Below, one piece after another: positions 47,613 through 55,686 of a stretch of 64,000 bases of DNA. A model generated the notes under the pieces. It was not told the DNA's origin. It saw nothing but the letters and a program-made list of their open reading frames with translations, and did not search any database. Location: assembly GCA_016182095.1 (NCBI GenBank), contig JACOXY010000012.1, forward strand, positions 25,864-89,863, given 5' to 3'. This DNA is from Candidatus Liptonbacteria bacterium. Lineage in GTDB: Bacteria; Patescibacteriota; Minisyncoccia; UBA6257; JACOXY01. The position numbers were made by a program, and so were the translations under genes. The stretch's first letter is position 1; the number at the start of each line of letters is the position of its first letter.

Positions 47613-48268
47613 TTTTGAATTTTAAACTTTGCCCGAAGTACATCCTGCGTAGTTCGACTGCGCTCACCATAAACTTTGCCGAAGGATTTCCTTTCTTCCA
47701 CCCACAGCTCGCTTTTTTTATCTGCCTTTTTTCCATTAAACCTTTTGTCAATTTTAAAAAATTTGGTAAGTTTCCCCGGGCCCGACATCCGAAGTCCCAA
47801 ATATTGAGGTTCCCTGCTTTTTGACTTCGGATGTCGCCAAGTTGAGCTTTGCTGGCCAATTTTAGGAGATCCGACCTCTGAAACACACCCATTGGGGAAG
47901 ACTGGGGGCGGGTGGTTTCGGGTTTCCGAGGTCGGATCTCGTGGGCGATCAGATATCAAGACGCCACGGATTAAAACCGCCGCCGGATAATCTTTGGGGC
48001 CCGTCACCACATTTAGCATCCAGTGCATGCCATAGGTTAAATAAACATACCACACTCCCGCCTCGCCAAACATCACCGCGTTCCGCGCCGTTTTCCCGCG
48101 ATGCGCGTGAGACGCCTTGTCCTTAAACCCGTCGTATGCTTCAACTTCAGTTATCATCGCCGCAATTTCCTTACCCTTTATCCTGCGCACCAAAAACTTG
48201 CCTAAAAGATTTCTGGCAACAACAACGGTGGACTTTTGAAAATATGGCTTTTTAAGAATTTTTTTCAT
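47492..48268 (-). CDS. mpg: DNA-3-methyladenine glycosylase (Mpg/AAG family) with an in-frame ~60-aa GC-rich insertion
   Basis: N-terminal ARNLLGKFLV...EVEAYDG...VWYVYLTYGMHWMLNVV and C-terminal GPGKL...PRIGVDYAGPVWS. The insert between them corresponds to the hairpin-rich DNA at about 47760-47945. Confidence 0.65.
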   Translation of the reverse strand: MKKILKKPYFQKSTVVVARNLLGKFLVRRIKGKEIAAMITEVEAYDGFKDKASHAHRGKTARNAVMFGEAGVWYVYLTYGMHWMLNVVTGPKDYPAAVLIRGVLISDRPRDPTSETRNHPPPVFPNGCVSEVGSPKIGQQSSTWRHPKSKSREPQYLGLRMSGPGKLTKFFKIDKRFNGKKADKKSELWVEERKSFGKVYGERSRTTQDVLRAKFKIQKSPRIGVDYAGPVWSKKHYRFYLDIKKPANRGRLRGAYLE

Positions 48269-48668
48269 TTGACAGTTTTGGTTACTTATTTTAGCATAAC
48301 ACCAGATATCAGCAAAAAATGGCGGGTGGATGGATTTCGAAAAAGAGGCTGAAAAGATTTTTGCAATTTATGACGAAATCGCAAACGCAAGAAAAGCGCT
48401 CCATTTTCTTACAAATCCCATTATGAATTCTGCCCGCGCAGAGCTGGGGATAGTTATAACAGCCCTTCGGACTGTTTTGCTGATACTTATCAGAGATTTT
48501 CTACTCGCCTATGGTGAACCGAACACGGTATTTTTTTAAGAACCATCAAGTGCCGCAGTGTGCACGCCGAAAATTGCTACAAGGAAATAGTGGAACTTCT
48601 CACCATGGAGAATGGCGTTGAATATTGTAAACGACTGGGGCTTGTGTAATCACAAGCTCTTTTTTATT

Positions 48669-48998
48669 TTATATGGCCTCCGCAATTTCTTCCATAATCG
48701 CTTGCGGCAAAGGACTCCCCGGCTTGGTCACTCCGGGATACCGCCACGCGGAAATAATTTTCATTTTCCTTATTACTTGTTTCTTGTTACTTGTTACCTT
48801 TTCTGTCATTACCCATATCTCATGAGGCCTTGTCTTGCTCCCCGCCTGCTTCATATATGCAATCGTATCAGGCGCTATCCCCTCCTCAATACGCTTGGGC
48901 CGTGAAATCACACCACGCACCATCTGCTCGGATAATCTGTAAAAACGCATTTTATATTTGGCGTGATTGGTCCAGAAGTATTGTTGCATATAAATCAA
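48669..48998 (-). CDS. hypothetical protein (possible toxin-like small protein)
   Basis: 109-aa ORF; no confident family assignment. Confidence 0.35.
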   Translation of the reverse strand: MIYMQQYFWTNHAKYKMRFYRLSEQMVRGVISRPKRIEEGIAPDTIAYMKQAGSKTRPHEIWVMTEKVTSNKKQVIRKMKIISAWRYPGVTKPGSPLPQAIMEEIAEAI

Positions 48999-49002
48999 AA
49001 AT

Positions 49003-49050
49003 TAAATATCCTTATACGGCCGAGCCGTCAGGCTTTAGGCAAAAATAAAA
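49003..49050. repeat. 48-bp intergenic repeat family, copy 2 (inverted relative to copy 1)
   Basis: Reverse complement of 28858-28905. Confidence 0.7.
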
Positions 49051-49115
49051 ATTACGGTAGTCCTTCGACAAGCTCAGGAACTATATTCACAACCACCCAG
49101 GATTTGCACTATACC

Positions 49116-49940
49116 CTATACCCCATTGGCTATACCCTCTGTTGCAATCTTAATTATTTTTCCAAATTCCTCCGCACTTAAACTCGCGCCACCAACAAGG
49201 GCTCCATCAATATCCTTCTCGCTTAAAAACAATTCGGCATTGGAAGCTGTCACGGAGCCACCATATAGAATAAGAGGGTTTAGGCTAAAGTCCGATGGGC
49301 TCGCCCGTTTAGGGGTATGGGGTTTAGCCATTAGCAGTTCTTTGATGAAGCGAGCCATATTCGCGGAGTCCTGCGGTTTGTCGGGGACGCCGGTGCCAAT
49401 TGCCCAGATGGGCTCATAAGCAACTATAATAGGGTCTGGGGTTTGGGGTATGGGGTATAGGGTTTGAATATTTTTTAGATCCGCTTCGAGTTGGGATTTA
49501 ACATAATCTTTCGCGGCATTAAGACCTTTATCGCGAACCTCCCTGGGCTCACCAACACACAATATCACTTTTAATCCCGCAGCTTCGCAGGCGATAATTT
49601 TCTTATTTATCATCTCATCTGTCTCATGAAGTATCATCCTCCGTTCCGAATGTCCGATTATAGCGTAAGATACGCCAAGATTTCTTAGCATCTTTGGCGA
49701 TATTTCCCCCGTAAAGGCGCCAGCATCTTCCCAAAAAGCATCCTGCGCTCCAAAATGAATGCCCTCATATTCTTTTTTCAGAGCCCGGTTAATTAATTCT
49801 TCCAGGTGCGTAAAGGGCGGGGCTACCACCACGCGAGCTCCGTATTTTTCAGCAAATTTTTCCGTTGCGTCAAAAAGATCGCGGGCTTCGTCCAAAGTAA
49901 CGGGGTTCATCTTCCAATTGGCAATTAGCAGTTTCTTCAT
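49116..49940 (-). CDS. tpiA: triosephosphate isomerase
   Basis: IANWKMN; AIIGHSERR; GGASL. Confidence 0.85.
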   Translation of the reverse strand: MKKLLIANWKMNPVTLDEARDLFDATEKFAEKYGARVVVAPPFTHLEELINRALKKEYEGIHFGAQDAFWEDAGAFTGEISPKMLRNLGVSYAIIGHSERRMILHETDEMINKKIIACEAAGLKVILCVGEPREVRDKGLNAAKDYVKSQLEADLKNIQTLYPIPQTPDPIIVAYEPIWAIGTGVPDKPQDSANMARFIKELLMAKPHTPKRASPSDFSLNPLILYGGSVTASNAELFLSEKDIDGALVGGASLSAEEFGKIIKIATEGIANGV

Positions 49941-50047
49941 ATTATTTGTAAGGAGTGTGAAATATGAACAAAACTTGATTTATGTTCGCGTTTCACACTC
50001 CAATCATAACAAAAAGCCGCCTCTCTTGCGAGGCGGCGCATTGCAAC

Positions 50048-51268
50048 CTAAATCTTGCTCAAACCATACTCAACGGCCCCGATAATATCTCTGTAACTTT
50101 CGCGCCCGGGCGACACTCTAATCAACTCTTCCGGAATGCCCATTTCAGACCTCTCCTCGGGAGTAAGCGCTCCATGAGTAGTTTTTGCCGGTCGGCACAT
50201 GATAGTCTGCGGAGACCCAAGGCTGACTGCTAATTTTATAAACGTTTCCTTGGCTATAATATTCATAAAATCTTTAGTTTTAGAGCTTTCATGAAGCTCA
50301 AAAGACAGCATGCCGCCAAAACCAAAATCACCATTTGGCGTTCGCATTTGATTCCTAACAACTTCCCGATCAGGGCCACTGGCAAGACCAGGAAAGTAAA
50401 CCATTCTTATCTTGGAATGTTTATATAGAAAATTCGCCAAAATAAACGCATTGGCATTATGCACCTCCATGCGAGCCGCGAAATCGGTTACCCTGCCAGA
50501 AACCAAGCTTGAATCATGAGCCGAAGGAATGGGGCCAAAATTTTTATAAATACGAAGAAGATTTTGGAAATGCTTTGTTTTGGTAAAATCCTCCGAACAA
50601 GTTGCGCACCCCATTAAAACATCGCCCATCCCATTGATATACTTAGTAAGACTATGTACCACAATATCAACTCCGAATTCAAGGGGGCGGAGATTATAAG
50701 GCGTAGCAAAAGTATTATCAACAATCACAATGGAATTATTTAAATTTTCTTTTCTGAAATCGCGGAGATCAATAACGTCGAGGGTTGGATTTGCAACCGG
50801 TTCAATATAAACCGTGGAAGTGTTATTGCTTAGATTTTCCATCGCATCGGCCACCGACTTAATTTTCACGCATCTTGCGCTTCGTCCATACAAAGGCCAC
50901 ATATCACGGTTTAAAAGTTCATATGTACAGCCGTATAAAGTTTTGGAAGAAAGAATTTCTCTAAGAGGCGGCGTCGTCGCCAATAAACAAGAAGCAATTG
51001 CCGCCATCCCAGAAGAAAAAACCAAAGTTTCCTTGCCGCCCTCCATAACCGTTAACTGCTTTTCAAGAGTATCGTGATTGGGATTGTGATGCGGCAAGCG
51101 AGCATAAACTCCGCTTGTGCCATTATGCATTGCATCTTCAAACTCTTCGACGTCATCAAATTCGCTTGTGACAGCGCGAAAATCTGGAAGCTGGTGAGCA
51201 TTGGGCCTGTAGTTCATATCTCGCGCCGCATGATTGGCGCGCGTTGCAAAATCCTTCATTTCGTACAT
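50048..51268 (-). CDS. Cys/Met-metabolism PLP-dependent enzyme (cystathionine gamma-synthase/beta-lyase/methionine gamma-lyase family)
   Basis: VVHSLTKYINGMGD (PLP lysine) and TLVFSSGMAAIA; start trimmed to MYEMKDF, because the upstream extension is hydrophobic and probably untranslated. Confidence 0.7.
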   Translation of the reverse strand: MYEMKDFATRANHAARDMNYRPNAHQLPDFRAVTSEFDDVEEFEDAMHNGTSGVYARLPHHNPNHDTLEKQLTVMEGGKETLVFSSGMAAIASCLLATTPPLREILSSKTLYGCTYELLNRDMWPLYGRSARCVKIKSVADAMENLSNNTSTVYIEPVANPTLDVIDLRDFRKENLNNSIVIVDNTFATPYNLRPLEFGVDIVVHSLTKYINGMGDVLMGCATCSEDFTKTKHFQNLLRIYKNFGPIPSAHDSSLVSGRVTDFAARMEVHNANAFILANFLYKHSKIRMVYFPGLASGPDREVVRNQMRTPNGDFGFGGMLSFELHESSKTKDFMNIIAKETFIKLAVSLGSPQTIMCRPAKTTHGALTPEERSEMGIPEELIRVSPGRESYRDIIGAVEYGLSKI

Positions 51269-51365
51269 AAAACCACGCCTTTTCTGTGAAGTTTCTGAAG
51301 CTATTATATAAACAATTGAGCGAAATATCAAATCAGGCGCGCTATGTGATAAAATTAAAACAATT

Positions 51366-52007
51366 ATGAATACAGCCGACAGAATTAAACTTAAAAAACG
51401 AGCGTTAAATATTGTAAGGAGACTAAAAAGTCTTTTCCCGCATGCCAAAATGACGCTAAAGTACGGCAATAATTGGGAACTTTTGGTCGCGGTTATTTTA
51501 TCGGCTCAATGCACCGATAAAAAAGTGAACGAGGTAACTGCGAAACTTTTCAGCAAATATAGGTCACTGAATGATTATGCAAAAGCCAACCCACAAGAAT
51601 TTGAGCGCGACATTTACTCAACCGGATTTTACCGCGTAAAGGCAAAAAACATACTGGCTGCGGCAAAAATCGTAAAAAATAAATTCGGCGGCAAATTACC
51701 TAGCACAATGGAAGAAATGCTAACGATTCCCGGAGTCGCGCGGAAAACCGCGAATGTCGTATTGGGTAATGCCTATGGTGTAGTTCAAGGAATTGCCGTT
51801 GATACGCACGTCCGACGCCTCACCCGCCTTTGGGGCTTAACGAAACATAGTGATCCTATTAAAATTGAAAGCGATTTAATGAAAATTATTTCTAAAAAAG
51901 ATTGGTTTAAATTTACTTATTTGGTTATTGATTATGGGAGAAAATACTGTACGGCGAGAGTGAAGGATCATGGCAATTGTCCACTCGCAAAGTTTGAGAC
52001 TAAATAA
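51366..52007 (+). CDS. nth: endonuclease III family DNA glycosylase (HhH-GPD)
   Basis: HhH LTIPGVARKTANVVL and catalytic region; only two C-terminal Cys (CTARVKDHGNC), so possibly no full 4Fe-4S loop. Confidence 0.7.
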   Translation: MNTADRIKLKKRALNIVRRLKSLFPHAKMTLKYGNNWELLVAVILSAQCTDKKVNEVTAKLFSKYRSLNDYAKANPQEFERDIYSTGFYRVKAKNILAAAKIVKNKFGGKLPSTMEEMLTIPGVARKTANVVLGNAYGVVQGIAVDTHVRRLTRLWGLTKHSDPIKIESDLMKIISKKDWFKFTYLVIDYGRKYCTARVKDHGNCPLAKFETK

Positions 52008-52051
52008 AACAAAACCCCAAGGCGTACTGGCTTTGGGGTTCACTGGGCTCA

Positions 52052-52324
52052 CTAATTACAAATTCCGCAATCTCTGTGCACTTCCAGACCGATAGCTTCA
52101 TAATCAATCGGAGCAAATCCTCGCAATTTACGGTGCCAATCATTCAAAACCACATATGTGGCAACCAGAAAGAGCAGTGGATTTACGATAAAGCTAACCC
52201 AAATAAAGGTGACGCAGAAAAGTATTTCTGAATTTACAACATCGCTCCAGAACACAGCCAAAAGGCCATAAGTTAGTAAGGAAAGAACAATGAAGCCCTC
52301 GAAGAACCGATCCCGATGTATCAT
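52052..52324 (-). CDS. small membrane protein
   Basis: Three hydrophobic helices; start trimmed to MIHRDRFF. Confidence 0.35.
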   Translation of the reverse strand: MIHRDRFFEGFIVLSLLTYGLLAVFWSDVVNSEILFCVTFIWVSFIVNPLLFLVATYVVLNDWHRKLRGFAPIDYEAIGLEVHRDCGICN

Positions 52325-52447
52325 TTTTCTTATTCCATTCTCTGGTTGCAAACTACGGTAAGTGTAGCACTTAGAAATTATTGCTGTCAATATAGAAAGG
52401 GCCCGAGGAAAATTCCCCGGGCCTCGAGTTCTGACGGCCTGCTGATT

Positions 52448-52768
52448 TCAGACAGCAGGCAGGTTCACGAGCTTCGCGCGGAGAGCGCGCAGACGTCTCC
52501 GGCCAAGCCAGAGAGCGTCCGAAACGCTCTTCAGCAGATCCCGCAGTCCGTCCGGAGTCTCGGGACACACTGCCCCAGCATCGTACCCGGCCTCCGCGGC
52601 CAGGCGATCGAAGAGCTCGCGCGCCTTGATGTTGCCAACCACCAAGGGATTGAACCGTGGATCCCGCTCGGCCTGCACCAGAAACCCGTACAGAGCCGCC
52701 GCCGGATCGCGCATCTGGCTCCCGATCTCCGTCTGGATGTCCAGACGCCTCTTCTCGTTATACTTCAT
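52448..52768 (-). CDS. high-GC hypothetical protein (cassette 3, likely foreign)
   Basis: Strong SD gaggaggaaagg before the ATG; GC3-rich codons; its own TTGACA-17-TATAAT promoter and a ~110-nt hairpin-containing leader. Confidence 0.5.
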   Translation of the reverse strand: MKYNEKRRLDIQTEIGSQMRDPAAALYGFLVQAERDPRFNPLVVGNIKARELFDRLAAEAGYDAGAVCPETPDGLRDLLKSVSDALWLGRRRLRALRAKLVNLPAV

Positions 52769-52875
52769 GCCTTTCCTCCTCGCCCGTCCTAAACCAGTTT
52801 TACTGGTTGGATTAGGGCTGTTTTTTGGCTAAGTAGCACCATGCTACCTAGCATCCCAACCAGCATCCTAATTGT

Positions 52876-52904
52876 CATTATATTATAAAATTTTCATTTT
52901 GTCA
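52876..52904 (-). promoter_or_regulatory. sigma70-like promoter (TTGACA-17-TATAAT) for the high-GC gene 52448..52768
   Basis: Reverse complement reads ttgaca-aaatgaaaattttataa-tataat. Confidence 0.5.
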
Positions 52905-52907
52905 AGC

Positions 52908-52935
52908 GCAAAAAAACCAGGCTATTTCCTGGTTT
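52908..52935 (-). terminator. rho-independent terminator after the higA-like gene
   Basis: Minus strand: aaaaccagg-aaatag-cctggttttttt. Confidence 0.55.
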
Positions 52936-53203
52936 TATCGTAGTCTTTTTGCAAATTAAGCCAAAATTCGGGACTCATATTGAAGAAGTGCCCAAGACAA
53001 AGAGAGGTTTCGGAATTAACGCTCGCGTCCCCAGCGATCAAGCCATTAAGATAGGCCTCGTTTAGCCCCGTACCTTTTGCCACCGCTTCTACATCCAGAT
53101 TATTCGGCTTCATAAATTCTTCCAATAATACCTCTCCTGGATGAACCTCCAGCTTTGCGAGCTTCTTCTTGTGCCTAATTTCCTGCCGAATCCTTGGCGT
53201 CAT
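52922..53203 (-). CDS. higA: HigA-family (Xre HTH) antitoxin-like protein, orphan
   Basis: HPGEVLLEEFMKP...GLNEAYLNGLIAG...SPEFWLNLQKDYD is the HigA/VapI signature; no HigB/RelE-like partner found. Confidence 0.65.
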   Translation of the reverse strand: MTPRIRQEIRHKKKLAKLEVHPGEVLLEEFMKPNNLDVEAVAKGTGLNEAYLNGLIAGDASVNSETSLCLGHFFNMSPEFWLNLQKDYDKTRK

Positions 53204-53234
53204 TATTGCCCCCATGCGCAAACGATCTGGAGAG

Positions 53235-53264
53235 ATTATAACAAAGGGACGCCTTCTTTGTCAA
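53235..53264 (-). promoter_or_regulatory. sigma70-like promoter (TTGACA-18-TATAAT) for the higA-like gene, abutting repeat element A
   Basis: Reverse complement reads ttgaca-aagaaggcgtccctttgt-tataat. Confidence 0.5.
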
Positions 53265-53458
53265 CCAGGTAGTAGAAATGCGAGTGAAGTTTTTGAAAAA
53301 TATGGTAACACCATCGATCAAATCCACAGAGATATTATCGGTCAGTATTTATACCCGATCGATAACAATCGATAACCTCGTCAATTGAACGATCGTTTGT
53401 TATACGAGGTCTTGGAGTTGGTAGAAAGAAATGCTCGTATTTTCACTACCTGGTCAAG
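53263..53458. mobile_element. ~196-bp MITE-like element A with terminal inverted repeats
   Basis: The ends ccaggtagtagaaatgcgag / ctcgtattttcactacctgg are inverted copies. The core (~130 bp) is 95%+ identical to the reverse complement of 62259-62390. Confidence 0.6.
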
Positions 53459-53478
53459 CACACACCCAACTGCAAGCA

Positions 53479-54387
53479 CTAAACTTTCAAATACTTTCTC
53501 ATCGCCATATAGCTGGAAACTACTCCCAGTACTACTCCAAAGGCAATTTGATACAAAAGAAGCAGGAGGAGATTAGTTATAAAATATCCCCGTAAGTCAA
53601 TTTCGGGTATAAAAACGTTTATATAAGGCGACCCAAAGAAAATCGCCGGAGCGGCTATCACCAAACTTAAAACCGCGGCCAAAGCTCCATACAAAATCCC
53701 CGTGACCACATAGGGACCTCTTATAAAAGAGTTGGACGCGCCAACAAGCCGCATAATACCTATTTCTTCGCGGTCGGAAAAAATGGCAAGGCGAACAGTA
53801 TTAAAAATAACAAGGCCGGCTATTAGAGAAAGGAACAGTGTAAGGAGCGTTCCGGCTTTTTCCACGGTATCAATTACCTGCGCCAGCCGCTCTATTACGG
53901 TTTGGTTTTGGAAAAAGCTTACCTTCTCAACTATCGGCTCCAGAGTTTTGGTATTTAAATACTCGGATATAGTGGCATATTGGCTCGGATCGTGCGCTTT
54001 TATATTTAAGGCGGCGGAAAGCGGGTTTTCGCCCAATTCGGCAATGGCCTGGGTAATCGTTTCGTCTTCGGCATGATTCCCCTTAAATATTTCCAACGCC
54101 TTATCGCGCGATATGTATTCAACGCTTTTTACCTCCGACAATCCCTCTAAAGAGCGTTTTATGCGGAGAATTTCGTCCTCCGGAGCCGATGTCTTAAAGT
54201 AAACACTAATGTCAATCTTATCTTTCAAAACGGTAAGCGCGCTTGTTGTGAGATAACTAAAAACATTAACGCCTAAAAATACGATAAGTGCGATTATCAT
54301 AACCGCAACAGTCGCAACCGAAAGCAAACTGTTCCTCTTAAACTGCTGAAGGCCGTGCTTGATGATCCTGAAAATTATAGTAATCAT
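53479..54387 (-). CDS. ftsX: cell division ABC transporter permease FtsX
   Basis: Four-TM FtsX-like topology with a large loop; paired with ftsE. Confidence 0.75.
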   Translation of the reverse strand: MITIIFRIIKHGLQQFKRNSLLSVATVAVMIIALIVFLGVNVFSYLTTSALTVLKDKIDISVYFKTSAPEDEILRIKRSLEGLSEVKSVEYISRDKALEIFKGNHAEDETITQAIAELGENPLSAALNIKAHDPSQYATISEYLNTKTLEPIVEKVSFFQNQTVIERLAQVIDTVEKAGTLLTLFLSLIAGLVIFNTVRLAIFSDREEIGIMRLVGASNSFIRGPYVVTGILYGALAAVLSLVIAAPAIFFGSPYINVFIPEIDLRGYFITNLLLLLLYQIAFGVVLGVVSSYMAMRKYLKV

Positions 54388-54393
54388 ATGAAT

Positions 54394-55110
54394 TTACACT
54401 AACACAAACTTGCCCCTCTCCTCATCCCTTATAATTCTGCCGCCGTCTAATGTGATCACGCGGCGCCCTAAGTTATTCACAATTTCCTTGTCATGAGTCG
54501 CGAGAATTACCGTTGTCCCCAGTTCATTGATTTTGTGAAGCAATTTGATAATTTCCCACTTGTTGAATGGATCAAGATTGCCGGTCGGCTCATCAGCCAT
54601 TATCACCTCCGGATGGTGTATCATGGCGCGGGCTATGGCTACTCGCTGTTTTTCGCCGCCAGAAAGCTCTCTTGGGAAATTCGTCATCTTATCTTTTAAT
54701 CCTACCATCTCCAGGGCTTGCGGCGTAAGTTCTTCAATATCGGCCTGCGGATAACCTGATGCCTCAAGAGCGAAAGCGACATTTTCAAAAGCGTTGCGAT
54801 TTTGGAGCAGTCTAAAGTCCTGAAAAATTACGCCGATATGCCTTCGGAGCCCAGGCAGGGAAGACGGGGGCAGTTTATTAACTTCATAAGAACCGAAAAT
54901 AACCCTGCCTTTTGAGGGAGTTTCCTCGCCTATCAAGAGCTTCAGAACCGTAGATTTGCCGGCTCCGGACCGCCCCACTAAAGAAACAAACTCGTTTGGT
55001 TCAATCTTGAAAGTTACGTCCTGTAGGGCGTGAGACTCGCTATTTACACTGCCATTGCCGTTGTAATATTTTGAAACGTTTTGAAATGCTATCATGCCGT
55101 TTTTGCCCAA
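54394..55110 (-). CDS. ftsE: cell division ABC transporter ATP-binding protein FtsE
   Basis: GRSGAGKST; [15 protein letters not shown]; [11 protein letters not shown]. Confidence 0.8.
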   Translation of the reverse strand: MGKNGMIAFQNVSKYYNGNGSVNSESHALQDVTFKIEPNEFVSLVGRSGAGKSTVLKLLIGEETPSKGRVIFGSYEVNKLPPSSLPGLRRHIGVIFQDFRLLQNRNAFENVAFALEASGYPQADIEELTPQALEMVGLKDKMTNFPRELSGGEKQRVAIARAMIHHPEVIMADEPTGNLDPFNKWEIIKLLHKINELGTTVILATHDKEIVNNLGRRVITLDGGRIIRDEERGKFVLV

Positions 55111-55381
55111 GAGCTGGAGCGATTGGCTGCAAAACCGAGCACCCCGCCCTCTATGCTTAAAATTAAGTAACTATTTTATATTACACCATCGGACGCAGTT
55201 TAGCAATACACAAAATTAACACCCGCAGAGGGCGGGATACAGCTTTTATAGAAGCTTATAAAATTCGCTTATAAAAGCTGTAACTCGCTTTCAATAAAGA
55301 TGTCCAATGTCCGATTTCCACACAAAAAAACCAACCCGGAAAAGGTTGGCTGATGCCGTGTTAATTCAGTTTTCCGATTTT

Positions 55382-55663
55382 TCAGCTATAAGAAATCCTA
55401 TAGTGACGCTCAAATGCGCTGGCAAACACAACCACCAAGAAAGCAACACAACCCGTAATAAGAAATCCCAGGATCCAAAAGAGAATCCAAAATACAGACG
55501 AAATGGCAGGAACAACTGGAACCCAGAAAAGTGCGCCTACATCATGAAAGGTTATATAACAACGCTCGCAAGTGTCAAAAACATACCAAACCAAAACAGC
55601 AGTAAGCGCAAAAAACATCAATACACACAACGCCATAAAGCTCCAATGGAAGATATGAGCCAA
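55382..55663 (-). CDS. small membrane protein
   Basis: 93-aa hydrophobic ORF on the operon strand; preferred over the low-complexity plus-strand ORF 55307..55783. Confidence 0.35.
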   Translation of the reverse strand: MAHIFHWSFMALCVLMFFALTAVLVWYVFDTCERCYITFHDVGALFWVPVVPAISSVFWILFWILGFLITGCVAFLVVVFASAFERHYRISYS

Positions 55664-55686
55664 CTACCCAAAAGATACTCACGGTA

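Noticed and set aside
49420-49470. ggggtttggggtatggggtataggg tract inside tpiA as a G-quadruplex/regulatory repeat
   Set aside because: It lies in-frame on the coding strand (encoding YPIPQTPDP) within a well-conserved gene. The resemblance to the intergenic TAGGGTATAG motif is probably coincidental, although G4 potential on the non-coding strand cannot be excluded.
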